Assembly (NCBI GenBank): GCA_030603365.1
Contig: JAUVXV010000010.1
Coordinates: forward strand, 79,925-143,924
From: Candidatus Heimdallarchaeota archaeon
Lineage (GTDB): Archaea; Asgardarchaeota; Heimdallarchaeia; Heimdallarchaeales; Heimdallarchaeaceae
DNA length: 64,000 nucleotides
Direction: 5' to 3'
Shown: positions 19,240-29,543 of the stretch, one piece after another
How the letters are laid out: every line of letters begins with the position of its first letter
Numbering within the stretch: the stretch's first letter is position 1
Translations under genes and position numbers: made by a program
Notes under the pieces: model-generated
Database searches by the model: none
Told to the model about the DNA's origin: nothing
Seen by the model: the letters and a program-made list of their open reading frames with translations, nothing else

Positions 19240-21252
19240 TCATATCAATTCGGAATCTCCTGGTATAAAGGGGAGTATATCATTGACCGTTATAGAATCA
19301 AATTTGTGGGTGTCCTCATCAGGACATAGTTTTAGTAGTTTATCTCTGATTTCCTTAGCAATTTTACCTTTTTGCATATCTCCTGGCTTGATTTGTGTAA
19401 AGTATTCTGTTTTTGATTCCACGCTCTCTGTAGGACCACCAATAATTTGTACATATTGATCATAAATAATGAAACCAATGGAATGTTTTACTTCTACATT
19501 TTTGAAGTAATTTTTCGCACCATATATCATTACACTACCTTTAGAGAGATATTGTCCTGAAGGTGCAGTTAGACTAACTTGTTCTGGTAAAACATGATAT
19601 ACATCACCAACCAATTTCCTGTCCTTCCAAAGACTTGAATAACTTAAAGCAAATATTGAAATTTCTTTCTTACACTCTTCGCTTAAATTATTTTGACCAT
19701 CTTTTACTACTACATATGGTGCCCCATGGACATCAGCATGAAAGAATAAATCATTATCATCTAGATAGGTTTTTAGAATTCGTTCATTTGTTTTAGCATC
19801 GGTTCCACCAATGACAACAAATCCATCACATATAAACCAGTGAAACTTCTCATACCACTTCTTTGATCTCTTAACCAGCAGTGGTTTGCTTTCAATTTCC
19901 TTTTCAATAGTATCCTTCGTAGATTCAACTTCATTCAGCTGTTTCTTTGTTCTCTCTATTGCGGCAAGAGCCCCTGGAACTTTTCTACGACCTTTTTTCG
20001 CTTTTTGATAAAAAGAATTAGCACTATCAGTTAATGTTTGTGTAAAATCTAGTTCCACAATCTCTTCTTCATTAGTTTCTGGATTAGGTAATTTTACCCA
20101 GATTTGCTTGCTCTTAGGTGTTATTCTGTCTAAGATTTGTGCAGAAGGTATGTTTTTTTCCTTTCCTAAAGCCAGTTTTGCTTCTATCTCTTTCCACGAA
20201 ACACCTTCTCTTCGTGCTTTGATTATAGTAGATAATAATTCATCAACAACTGCAAAATTAGCATATAGCAAGTCACCTTTTTTCTTCTCCACTCTTTCTT
20301 GTTCTTTTAGAGTTTCCAGATGCTTTTCTTGACTAGCTAATATTTTTTGAGTTTTAAGCATTTTGCCAGAAACTTCAGTTTTATCCTTAGTATATTCTGG
20401 TTCCTCTTCAGATGGTGAAAAGAAATCATCTAAGGCTGAATCAAATGATGACACAACTTCGTGTTGCAAATCCTCATATCGAGAAAGAGTTATTGGAGTA
20501 ATGTCTACAACTTCATCCTCATCCAGATATTTAGAGTAGATGAATTTCTTGTTAACAATTATTTCTTGGAGTTTTTTTACTTCAGAAATTAGCTTCTGTT
20601 TCTCCTCATCATCTAAATCTTCAATGAGTTTTTTTTCTATTCCAGACTTTGTTACAACATCCTTAGAATAAACAGGTCCTAGCCCCATTATTTCATTCAA
20701 GAAATTTGTGATCTTTCCTTCATAATTTGTGGCTTTTTCTGCTACTTCTGCATCATTGAGATTTAAAATGTTTTTTTCAGAAGATGGGGGGAATTTATAT
20801 TCTCTTCCGGGGTGGACATCTCTATCTTTCATACGTCTATAATTATATGCCAAAATTATCTTGTTGCTTGGTCCTACTAAAACAACATTTCCTACTCCAA
20901 ACAATTCAACAATAAGCTTGTAACAACCATCTTTGTAGGCTATTTCAAAAACGACAACTCTATCTAAACCTATTTGATAAAAGTCTCTTATCGGCAAGTC
21001 TCGAATATGTTTTCTCATGGATAGAATTTTGTTATTTGGAGAGGAAGGTTTCTTCCTATCATACTTAGTTGTGTGAAATCTTTTCCCTAAATCTATAACG
21101 AGCTCAAAGGGACTTTCAGTCGATTTACGAAACCTTAATATAACCAAATTCTTCCCGATTGAATAAATATTGTTAGTCCAACTATCAATAATCCTAGGGC
21201 GTATTTCAGCCACTAAAGCAGCAATATCAATGCTTGAAAGATATGTCTTCAT
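19240..21252 (-). CDS. rqcH: Ribosome quality-control factor RqcH/NEMF (NFACT family)
   Basis: DRVV.F, LIVELFG.GN, WYEKFHWF, GG.DAKTNE, FHADVHGAP. Confidence 0.95.
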   Translation of the reverse strand: MKTYLSSIDIAALVAEIRPRIIDSWTNNIYSIGKNLVILRFRKSTESPFELVIDLGKRFHTTKYDRKKPSSPNNKILSMRKHIRDLPIRDFYQIGLDRVVVFEIAYKDGCYKLIVELFGVGNVVLVGPSNKIILAYNYRRMKDRDVHPGREYKFPPSSEKNILNLNDAEVAEKATNYEGKITNFLNEIMGLGPVYSKDVVTKSGIEKKLIEDLDDEEKQKLISEVKKLQEIIVNKKFIYSKYLDEDEVVDITPITLSRYEDLQHEVVSSFDSALDDFFSPSEEEPEYTKDKTEVSGKMLKTQKILASQEKHLETLKEQERVEKKKGDLLYANFAVVDELLSTIIKARREGVSWKEIEAKLALGKEKNIPSAQILDRITPKSKQIWVKLPNPETNEEEIVELDFTQTLTDSANSFYQKAKKGRRKVPGALAAIERTKKQLNEVESTKDTIEKEIESKPLLVKRSKKWYEKFHWFICDGFVVIGGTDAKTNERILKTYLDDNDLFFHADVHGAPYVVVKDGQNNLSEECKKEISIFALSYSSLWKDRKLVGDVYHVLPEQVSLTAPSGQYLSKGSVMIYGAKNYFKNVEVKHSIGFIIYDQYVQIIGGPTESVESKTEYFTQIKPGDMQKGKIAKEIRDKLLKLCPDEDTHKFDSITVNDILPFIPGDSELI

Positions 21253-21262
21253 TTAAATCACG

Positions 21263-21718
21263 GTGACTAATTTGGGTTTCGACATAAAAAAAATATTCAT
21301 AGGAATTAAAAATCTATTCAAACGAATGATAATCTCTATCAAAAATTCGTTTGTTCGAATGTATAAGAATACCAAAGAGGGATTGAAACCTAAAAACATT
21401 AAGGCAAGTATCATAGAAATGCCAAGAATGAACCAAGTTTATTGGTCTAAGCTGATAATTGGATTTTCTGCAGGATTGATTTTTGGACTTTCTAACTTTA
21501 CAAACTGGCTTCCAGGTTTATTATTATTGCTCATTTATATCTCAGTATCTATTGCTTGGTTCCTATCACTTAGAAAAATAGAAACAGGAATAAAAGTTAG
21601 ACAATATTTTACTTCAGCAATCTTTCAATATTTCATAACTGCTGTGGCAGTATGGACATTAATTTGGAATATTTTGTATGTTCCTGAATCACATTTTGAA
21701 TACCTACCAATTGAATAG
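21263..21718 (+). CDS. EMC6/RAB5IF-like three-TM membrane protein
   Basis: VYWSKLIIG...GLIFGL and C-terminal QYFITAVAVWTLIWNILY match the Rab5ip/EMC6 pattern. Confidence 0.65.
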   Translation: MTNLGFDIKKIFIGIKNLFKRMIISIKNSFVRMYKNTKEGLKPKNIKASIIEMPRMNQVYWSKLIIGFSAGLIFGLSNFTNWLPGLLLLLIYISVSIAWFLSLRKIETGIKVRQYFTSAIFQYFITAVAVWTLIWNILYVPESHFEYLPIE

Positions 21719-21737
21719 ATTAAAAGAGTGTAAACTC

Positions 21738-22046
21738 ATGAGTCCAAAGAAAGAGAAGAAAAAACCTGAGAAATCTGAGGAAGAAAAACAACTTCCCTTA
21801 ATGGAAAGACCAAGGTTTAGGCTTATTTATTCTATAGTGGTTTATTCTTTCTTCGGTGTAGGAATACTACTTCTGATACTTTCATATTCTATATGGTCTG
21901 ATTATCCTTATACATTATTTATTGCATTGGGAATTTTGGGTGTTGGAATCATTCTTTTGACTATGAGATCATCTCGAAAACATTCAGCTCCACCTCCAGA
22001 AGAAGAAGAAGATACTGATACTCTTCAAATGAGGACTAGAAGATAG
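21738..22046 (+). CDS. Small two-TM hypothetical protein
   Basis: MSPKKEKK start; two hydrophobic helices. Confidence 0.65.
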   Translation: MSPKKEKKKPEKSEEEKQLPLMERPRFRLIYSIVVYSFFGVGILLLILSYSIWSDYPYTLFIALGILGVGIILLTMRSSRKHSAPPPEEEEDTDTLQMRTRR

Positions 22047-22058
22047 ATTTTATTCATT

Positions 22059-22496
22059 TTGACAGATAGTTTTTTATGTCGTAATACGTTAGAGTTACCA
22101 ACAATCAAATATTCCGACATAAATGGTCAGATGATAGAAATGGAAGAAATGGGATTTCAAGAGAAGGTTGGTAAGTTCCTCAATAGATATGGGAAGGTTC
22201 AGAAACTCAAAAAGGATAATATCGACACACAAAGCAGAATTTTACCTTATATTGTTGAAAGTCAAGATCAGAAATTTGCTGTTTTTGCTTATCATTGGAA
22301 AAAAAGTATCGGAACAAATACAATTATCCGTACCGAACATCAAATTAATGACATGAACTGTGATGGAGCAATAATTATTGGTAATAGATTCTCTCAGAAC
22401 TCTTATGATATGGTTAGTGTTACTAATAAGAGAAGAACTAAGAGTATAATTCTTATAAAAATCCAAGAAATGGAAGAAATTCTTAATGCAAATTAG
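22059..22496 (+). CDS. Restriction-endonuclease-fold (Mrr-like) protein, catalytic residues degenerate
   Basis: FQEKV..FL, ...HWKKSIG..., AIIIGNRFS..S pattern; no clear PD-(D/E)xK. Confidence 0.5.
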   Translation: MTDSFLCRNTLELPTIKYSDINGQMIEMEEMGFQEKVGKFLNRYGKVQKLKKDNIDTQSRILPYIVESQDQKFAVFAYHWKKSIGTNTIIRTEHQINDMNCDGAIIIGNRFSQNSYDMVSVTNKRRTKSIILIKIQEMEEILNAN

Positions 22497-22635
22497 TTCT
22501 TGAAGAAGTAATATAGTGTCCGTTTTGAACAGTATTTCTAAATATTTTCTAATTTCTATTTTTCTTATACTCATAGATTGAATATATTTTGGTTTCATAC
22601 AGATTACAGAAAACTTAAAAAACTCTGACGATAAA

Positions 22636-23322
22636 ATGAATCGGCCAATGATTTCACAGATACGAGAACCCCTATCTAAGATTGTTCAACCTCTGATTAT
22701 CTTCTTTGCTAAACTAGGAATTCATCCTACAATATTCACAGTAATTGGACTTTTACTTTCTATAACTTCAGGCGTTTTTATTGCTCTTAACAACTTTCTA
22801 ACAGCATTCATAATCATCTGGTTTGCTGGAGCAATGGATTTCATAGATGGTGGTGTAGCTCGATATAACAAACTTGATTCCATAAAGGGATCGTTCATTG
22901 ATAGTATAGCAGATCGTGTTAGTGATGTAGTTGTTTTTGGTGGAGTGATTGCTCGATCAATTTTAGTAGATGATATAATTACCATCTATGTAGGCATAAT
23001 TATGGTAGCTTCAACTCTTTTAATCAGTTATATTAGAGCTAAAGGAGAGAGTATTGGGATTAAGAAAATGGCTGTAGGAATTATGGAACGCGGAGAGAGA
23101 TTTATGATATTGATGGTACTAATGTTCGTTGGAATTTTAGTTCCTGAACAAGGCTTTACTACAGCTGTTTATTCTGTGGGTAGCTTGAATATCTCCTACT
23201 TCTCAATCGGATATATGATCCTTACAGCTCTTTGTGTCATAACAGTTATCCAAAGATTTGTTCATGTTTCAATACAGCTCACTAAAGCAGAAACTGCAGA
23301 GAATGTTCAAATCCAAAAATAA
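22636..23322 (+). CDS. CDP-alcohol phosphatidyltransferase (archaetidylinositol phosphate synthase-like)
   Basis: DFIDGGVAR...GSFIDSIADRVSD, SYIRAKGE, GIMERGER. Confidence 0.93.
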   Translation: MNRPMISQIREPLSKIVQPLIIFFAKLGIHPTIFTVIGLLLSITSGVFIALNNFLTAFIIIWFAGAMDFIDGGVARYNKLDSIKGSFIDSIADRVSDVVVFGGVIARSILVDDIITIYVGIIMVASTLLISYIRAKGESIGIKKMAVGIMERGERFMILMVLMFVGILVPEQGFTTAVYSVGSLNISYFSIGYMILTALCVITVIQRFVHVSIQLTKAETAENVQIQK

Positions 23323-23425
23323 CATTTTTTACAATTTCAAATCACCGATTGTAATTTGTTTATTTTATTGTAAGATAATGCATTAAGGTAGCCCGAAGGG
23401 TAAATTTTTTATACTTCACAGAGTT

Positions 23426-23764
23426 GTGAACTTGAGAATTGGTGATTTTGTGGCTAAGAAAGGAAAGAAGAAAAAACAGAGTATTAATGACGTAAAAGCT
23501 GATAAACAAAAAGAACCAATCAAAGATTTTTCTCAAACAAAAGACATAGTTAAGGCGCTTTCAGGAGAGATTGGTCCACTTGTTGAACAATTCCTTGGTG
23601 CTATTTATAACGTAAATTTAGCCGAAACCTTTGCTGATGCTCTAATTAGGATATACAACAAACTTAGAGAAGAAGGTGTTACTAAACAAACGGCAGAAAA
23701 AATAATGATTGAATATTCAGCAAATGTCGATCGTTTCGCAGCAGTACTCAAAAAGAAAGAATAG
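23426..23764 (+). CDS. Hypothetical helical protein
   Basis: 112 aa ORF. Confidence 0.65.
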   Translation: MNLRIGDFVAKKGKKKKQSINDVKADKQKEPIKDFSQTKDIVKALSGEIGPLVEQFLGAIYNVNLAETFADALIRIYNKLREEGVTKQTAEKIMIEYSANVDRFAAVLKKKE

Positions 23765-23847
23765 CCACAAAAAATTAACTTTCTAGAGAAAAAATCACAT
23801 ACATTCGCTTCAAGAAATATGGAACCAACAATATTTGAGGTGTTAAA

Positions 23848-24123
23848 GTGGGTATAGTTAGTATGGTTAAGACACTTTATTATGGCTTTATAATACGAGC
23901 AAAGTTAAGTTTGTATACAAGAAAGAAGCGAAAAAGCAAAAAAATTTTTCAAGCAGTTCTTACAGAAAAACTAAGTAAAGAGAAACTAGATGCAAAAACT
24001 ATTGAAAAGATCTCAACCAATTACCTGAATATTGGAGAAATTTTCATGGACAGAAAAAATCTCAAATCAGCATTCAGCCTTAACATGATTTATGAAAAGA
24101 GAAGAAATAATTCTAAAAATTGA
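23848..24123 (+). CDS. Hypothetical basic protein
   Basis: 91 aa ORF. Confidence 0.55.
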   Translation: MGIVSMVKTLYYGFIIRAKLSLYTRKKRKSKKIFQAVLTEKLSKEKLDAKTIEKISTNYLNIGEIFMDRKNLKSAFSLNMIYEKRRNNSKN

Positions 24124-24212
24124 TATTATTCTGAACTCAAGTGATTTTTTCAGTATTGGATTCTTTCGTAATGTTTATTTTAGTTAAAGAAAACAGTTTT
24201 TTGGGTTATTCT

Positions 24213-24887
24213 ATGTCTAAACCAAAGAAGTACAAAGGCGAAACAATTTATGATTACATTCCAGATTACTATTCATCAGTAAATATTGAAAGTCCTGTTT
24301 TTACAAAACTTCCTCCAGGAGAGAAAGATGCGAGATTAAAAGATGTAGAGAGAGAATTAGTTCAATACTGGGAACTACTACATCCGATGGTCAGAGAATA
24401 TCTGACCATGGTTATACGTTATATGAACCAATATGGAGAAGGATCAGAAGATTTAGAGCATTTGAGACGCTCTCTAGATTTAGAATTAACAAACTCATCA
24501 GAGTTATCAGAAGATAATAGAAAACTTAAATCTCAATTATCCGACCTACTGGTAGAGAAAAAAGCATTAGATGAAAAAATAGATGACTTGCTTGCTGACA
24601 GACCACAAATTTCTAATGAAGAAATTAGAGCAATGCAATTAACTCTCTCCTCAAAAGCAGATATAACTGAAAAATCTATTGAAGAGCTGTTAAAGAAATC
24701 AGTTCAAGAGGCTCGAGAAAGCGAAGCAATGAAAAAGGCTAGAGAAGAGAGAGATGAAATGAAAAAGGAACTTGAGAATGCAAAAGAGCATTTTGAAAAA
24801 ACTCAAGCTGAAGTAGGAATAACTTTTCAGAAAAAATTACTAGAATGTCAAGCTAGGATAGAAGAACTAGAAGAAGAACTATCTTAA
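24213..24887 (+). CDS. Coiled-coil protein
   Basis: Heptad-rich C-terminal two-thirds; likely start MSKPKK. Confidence 0.75.
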   Translation: MSKPKKYKGETIYDYIPDYYSSVNIESPVFTKLPPGEKDARLKDVERELVQYWELLHPMVREYLTMVIRYMNQYGEGSEDLEHLRRSLDLELTNSSELSEDNRKLKSQLSDLLVEKKALDEKIDDLLADRPQISNEEIRAMQLTLSSKADITEKSIEELLKKSVQEARESEAMKKAREERDEMKKELENAKEHFEKTQAEVGITFQKKLLECQARIEELEEELS

Positions 24888-24908
24888 TAAATTAAAATCG
24901 GTGAAAAC

Positions 24909-25649
24909 ATGAGAAAATGGAATTTCAAAGTAGTTTTAGCTGGTGATGGGGCGGTAGGAAAAACTTCTATTCGAGAAAGATATATGGGGAAAGGTTTTGA
25001 ATCCAGTTACTTAAAAACTATAGGTGCAGACTTTTCATCAAAGAAAATTCAAACTGATAAAGATTCCATTACTTTTCAAATTTGGGATCTAGCAGGTCAA
25101 GAAAGTTATCAAGCTGTCCGAAGTACTTTTTACAAGGGTGCTGGAGCAGCTATTTTAGTTTTTGATTGCCAAGATCCTGCTACTATGACCAATTTGAACA
25201 ACTGGCTAGAAGAAGCTATGGTTGGATCAAATAATGGGATCCTTATCTATTTTATTATTGCTAACAAAGTGGATTTAGAAGAGGGAAGAAGAGTTTCTAG
25301 AGATATGGCACTTGAATTCTGCAATCGATTAGAAGTAGAAACTGGAATTCACTTCTATTACAGTGAAACTAGTGCTTTAACTGGTCAGAATATCCAAGAA
25401 ACATTTGATTTCTTATCTTACAAGCTATTAGAAGCTAATAACATTCAAGATATTGTCCGTCCAGCTAATACTGAAGGTATAATTGATGTTAGAGAACAGA
25501 AGCAAGAAATTGTAATTACTGAAAAAGGAAAAAGTATTTCGCGAGAGGAAATTGACGATATTAATAACAGAATTGATGTTATTGAGGGAAGAATGAATAC
25601 CATTCAAACAATAATAAAGAAAATAGTTCAAAAAATGCAAGAAGAATAG
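24909..25649 (+). CDS. Rab-like small GTPase with C-terminal coiled-coil tail
   Basis: GDGAVGKT, TIGADF, WDLAGQ, NKVD, SAL. Confidence 0.95.
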   Translation: MRKWNFKVVLAGDGAVGKTSIRERYMGKGFESSYLKTIGADFSSKKIQTDKDSITFQIWDLAGQESYQAVRSTFYKGAGAAILVFDCQDPATMTNLNNWLEEAMVGSNNGILIYFIIANKVDLEEGRRVSRDMALEFCNRLEVETGIHFYYSETSALTGQNIQETFDFLSYKLLEANNIQDIVRPANTEGIIDVREQKQEIVITEKGKSISREEIDDINNRIDVIEGRMNTIQTIIKKIVQKMQEE

Positions 25650-25660
25650 AGCTTCTTACT

Positions 25661-26944
25661 CTATTTCACAACTTTTTTCCCACAGTCTGTACAGAATTCA
25701 GCACCTGTTACTAGTATCGATGAGCATACTGGACATCTTTCATCTCTAGATTCCAAAGAATCGGTGGTATCTCTATTATAATTTCCAGAACTTTCTTTAT
25801 CATCTGAATTTGAAGGATTACCTATTCTCTTAACCCAATTAAGACTTGGAGGTTCAATATAGCTTTGGATTGATTGTTCATAGAAGTAAAACGTATTGAC
25901 ATCTACGAAGTTTGCAAAGGTTATACTTGCTGCTAAGACTAAAATTACTATTCCTACAAGAACATATTCCCAAGCTGCTACGTTTATTTCTATTGTAGTT
26001 GTTAGGAGTGTGGAAACTACGTGTGAGGTAGGAGAAAATGTAGCTATAATTAACGAAGCAGGAAGAATATAAGAGAATGCAATTACCTCTACTGTTCGTC
26101 TAGCACCTATTTTTGGAAATTGAAAAGCATCTAGAAAATCTTGGAAAACTCCGGCACTTCGTATCAAAGTCAATATTTTGGCAATACGAAAAGTTGGAGA
26201 AAGAAAAGCAACTAGTAGGATGATTATAATTGAGGGGACATACATTGAGATAGGTGAGCTAATAGGTTCAGAATGGGGAAAGAACAATTTCAAACAAATA
26301 ACAGAAATTGTACTTATCAAACCTACTTGAATTGCTTGAATTAGACTAAAGGAAAAGAAATTTGATTTACTCATCTTGAGAGGCTTTTCATCCCAATTCG
26401 AGAGAACTTGTGCAGTTTTGAAACAGCTCAAATAAGAGAGCCCTGAGTATACTAATGCAATAAAAGTGGCTAGAAATATTGACAACCAGTTTGAAGGGAT
26501 CAAATTCAATGTTACTAATAGAATTATACTGGAGAAGAAAAGTAGAGAAACTGAAATTAAGGTATTTAAACCACCTAAAAGTATGCTTTCAAAGAATGAA
26601 AGTTGTTTGAATCTTTTCACATTTAATTTGGGAGACCTAAAGCCTTCACTATAGCTTATTTCCCCCTTCATTTTCAATGGAACTATATTTTCAGAAACTT
26701 GCCAAGCATATTGAGTTTTATCAACAATGAATCCTCCGTCTATGGGTTTTGTATCCAAAGGTTCATCTCTTAAAAATGGTTTGGAATTTGGATGCCCAGA
26801 AGGTAGGTCAATTGGAGAATCAAATGTGTCAGTTGGCTTTTTCACTTCTTCTACTAATTCTGTACCACAAACAGAACAGAATATCACTTTGTTAGGAAAG
26901 GTCGAATTACATATAGCACATTTCTTGTTAGAAATAGGGCTCAC
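25661..26944 (-). CDS. Polytopic membrane protein with N- and C-terminal double zinc ribbons
   Basis: CAIC...FCSVCG and CPVC...FCTDCG flanking about 6 TM helices. Confidence 0.8.
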   Translation of the reverse strand: MSPISNKKCAICNSTFPNKVIFCSVCGTELVEEVKKPTDTFDSPIDLPSGHPNSKPFLRDEPLDTKPIDGGFIVDKTQYAWQVSENIVPLKMKGEISYSEGFRSPKLNVKRFKQLSFFESILLGGLNTLISVSLLFFSSIILLVTLNLIPSNWLSIFLATFIALVYSGLSYLSCFKTAQVLSNWDEKPLKMSKSNFFSFSLIQAIQVGLISTISVICLKLFFPHSEPISSPISMYVPSIIIILLVAFLSPTFRIAKILTLIRSAGVFQDFLDAFQFPKIGARRTVEVIAFSYILPASLIIATFSPTSHVVSTLLTTTIEINVAAWEYVLVGIVILVLAASITFANFVDVNTFYFYEQSIQSYIEPPSLNWVKRIGNPSNSDDKESSGNYNRDTTDSLESRDERCPVCSSILVTGAEFCTDCGKKVVK

Positions 26945-27109
26945 CTAAGTATACATTGCAACTTTCTTTATATAATTCGGCAATACGTGGATATTTTTTA
27001 GGAAAATGCTTTTCTTTTTCTAATAAGAGAAAAAACAGTCTCTCGTTCTCTTTTTCCATTTCGAGCAGTTTAAATATTCTGGATATTGTATTAGACTTGG
27101 TTATTACTG

Positions 27110-28567
27110 ATGAGTGAATCTCCAAAGGAAAAAAACCAAGTGTTTTCCGACTATATTTCTCTTGTTAAAAAAATAGAGAAAATTGTTGAAGAAACTCCTG
27201 ATATTATTAAAGGAGATGAACTCAAGGTTGAACAACCAACAGAAAGTGGTTCAGAATCGCAACCAGATTCTATTACTCAGAAAGAAGAGATTGTTGAAGT
27301 AGAACAACAAACATCAAAGCTTGAAGAAAGAATTTCGGAAGTTGCGGCAAAGGCAGATGGGTCTATTAGTCAAAAAAAGATTGAGGATCTTATTAGAACT
27401 GAAAAAGAATTAATAGAATTCTATTCCAATGCAAAAATCCAGTTATCTGACTTCTATTTCAAAGAAAAGGAGAAACAGGAAAATGAAATTATCAATGGAA
27501 TCAAGACCAAACTTCAATCTCTTGAAAAAATTTCTGTGAAAAAAAGAGAAACATATGGTATACCTTTTGCTTTATGTAAGTTAGAAGGAAAATACCAAGC
27601 TATAATACCCGTTGAAATTGACAAAATCAAACTTCCAACACTAATGGTTGGAGCAAACAAAAATTTCAAATTACTGCTTGTGAGTAATGATGAGATCTTA
27701 AATCTAACACCAAATGAGCAAAACCTTTGGAATCAAGCTTTTAACAGATTCCAGATTAAATTAACTCAGATACTAAGCAGCAGAGCAAAAGAAAATCTTA
27801 CTAAAGTCTCTCCGAAAATGAAGTTATTTAAAATCGATTCCTCAAAAATTCATCATTATATCAAGGAATATGAAACTAGATTACAAGGTCTTCAGAATTA
27901 TCAACAAGAGATTTTAAAACATTTACAAGAAATCAACAATTTAATTATCAATGAAAACTCCTTCTGGAAAAATGATGATGAGTTTCAAAAAGCAAAACAA
28001 GAATTAAAAAACCAACTGATAGAATTTGAAGAAAAACAGAAGAAAATCAGTAGAGAATCTCAAGTGGATTTTATTAAATTAAAAAGAATACAAAAACGAC
28101 TAGATGCAAGAACGAAAAAATACAAACTTGATGAGAAGAGGAATAAAAAAATCCCAAGAGAGGAGAAAGAAAAACTCATCAAGGAAGTTAGAGAATTTCA
28201 GAGTAAAAAATTGCACATTCATGAAAATATCGAGCATACAAAAAGAATGGAAGAAACGCTAAGAAAATGGGTTGAAATATTCTCTCAGACTGATATAAAC
28301 CAAGCTAATGAGATGATGCTAGAAAACTATTATCAAGGTTTAGTCGAAAAAATACAAACCTTTACTGAGACACAAGATATTGATAGCATCTTAGAAGGAT
28401 CTATTTTGGTAAGCTCAGACATATCAGAAATAATTTTACATGTTATTTATATCCCCACGACATTATATACTTACAAGGCAAAACAAGGAGGTCAAGATAT
28501 AGAAGGTAAAGCAATATTTTTGGCCCCAACTCAAGAAATAATCTTACTAAACCCATCAGTAGTTTAG
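27110..28567 (+). CDS. Large coiled-coil hypothetical protein
   Basis: 485 aa, long K/E-rich heptads between beta-rich segments. Confidence 0.7.
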   Translation: MSESPKEKNQVFSDYISLVKKIEKIVEETPDIIKGDELKVEQPTESGSESQPDSITQKEEIVEVEQQTSKLEERISEVAAKADGSISQKKIEDLIRTEKELIEFYSNAKIQLSDFYFKEKEKQENEIINGIKTKLQSLEKISVKKRETYGIPFALCKLEGKYQAIIPVEIDKIKLPTLMVGANKNFKLLLVSNDEILNLTPNEQNLWNQAFNRFQIKLTQILSSRAKENLTKVSPKMKLFKIDSSKIHHYIKEYETRLQGLQNYQQEILKHLQEINNLIINENSFWKNDDEFQKAKQELKNQLIEFEEKQKKISRESQVDFIKLKRIQKRLDARTKKYKLDEKRNKKIPREEKEKLIKEVREFQSKKLHIHENIEHTKRMEETLRKWVEIFSQTDINQANEMMLENYYQGLVEKIQTFTETQDIDSILEGSILVSSDISEIILHVIYIPTTLYTYKAKQGGQDIEGKAIFLAPTQEIILLNPSVV

Positions 28568-28657
28568 TTATTATAATAAGCACGTTAGGCTCATTCTAGT
28601 ATTTTGAAAATAGGGCTTTGAACAACTTTATTAGTGCTTGTTTGTCTAATGAAATAG

Positions 28658-29383
28658 ATGAGAACAGAAATTGTTGAATGTGACAATGTTTCAAAACACT
28701 TCATCATAGGTACAAATGTTGTGAAAGCTGTTCAAGGGGTAGATATGATTCTAAGAGAAGGAGAATTCACATCAATAGTTGGACCAAGTGGGAGTGGAAA
28801 AACAACCTTACTCAACCTAATTGGAACTTTAGAGGTACCAACTAGAGGTAAAATTATTATTAACAATACAGACTTAAGCAGTTTCTCGAACTATGAATTA
28901 ACTAATTTTAGAAGAAAAAACCTAGGATTTGTGTTCCAATTCTTTAACTTAATTGAAGGATTAACATCAGAAGAAAATATAGAACTTCCTTTGATATTTG
29001 ATTCTGTACCTTACGAGGAAAGAAAAACTAGAGTGAATCAAATAATTAAAGAATTTGATTTAGAACATCTGAATGGAAAATTCCCCGAAGAGTTAAGCTC
29101 TGGAGAGAGACAAAGGGTTGCAATTATGCGTGCTTTAATCAATAATCCAGTAATGCTTCTTGCTGATGAACCAACAGGAAATCTGGACACAAAGACAGGA
29201 CAAGCAGTACTAGATCTATTCAAAGAATTGAATGAAGAAAGAGGAACATCCATCGCTTTGGTAACACATGATTTAGCAGCAGCAAAAAGAGCAAAACGTA
29301 TTCTTCATATGCACGATGGTAAAATAACCTTTGATCAACAAGATTTAGATGTTGAGATTCCAGAACCAAAATCCAAGATTTAA
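28658..29383 (+). CDS. ABC transporter ATPase (LolD/MacB-like)
   Basis: GPSGSGKT, GFVFQFFNL, LSSGERQRVAI, DEPTGNLD. Confidence 0.95.
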   Translation: MRTEIVECDNVSKHFIIGTNVVKAVQGVDMILREGEFTSIVGPSGSGKTTLLNLIGTLEVPTRGKIIINNTDLSSFSNYELTNFRRKNLGFVFQFFNLIEGLTSEENIELPLIFDSVPYEERKTRVNQIIKEFDLEHLNGKFPEELSSGERQRVAIMRALINNPVMLLADEPTGNLDTKTGQAVLDLFKELNEERGTSIALVTHDLAAAKRAKRILHMHDGKITFDQQDLDVEIPEPKSKI

Positions 29384-29458
29384 GAAAAACCAGTTTATTT
29401 TAGTGATAGCCCGACCTTCAACCCATTTATATATCTTTCCCCTAGTTAGAAGATAATA

Positions 29459-29512
29459 CTTATAAAAGCACGTAGATTTTTGAGTATAATTAGTGACTCA
29501 CTATTACTCAAA
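29459..29512 (+). promoter_or_regulatory. TATA box plus nested inverted-repeat operator of the opp operon
   Basis: CTTATAAA, then TTTGAGTA...TACTCAAA enclosing TAGTGA-C-TCACTA. Confidence 0.55.
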
Positions 29513-29543
29513 TTTCGAGTAAAAACTTCGCGGAGAAAAATAA

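Noticed and set aside
26928-27125. 65-aa ORF
   Set aside because: Spans the divergent promoter and overlaps both flanking starts
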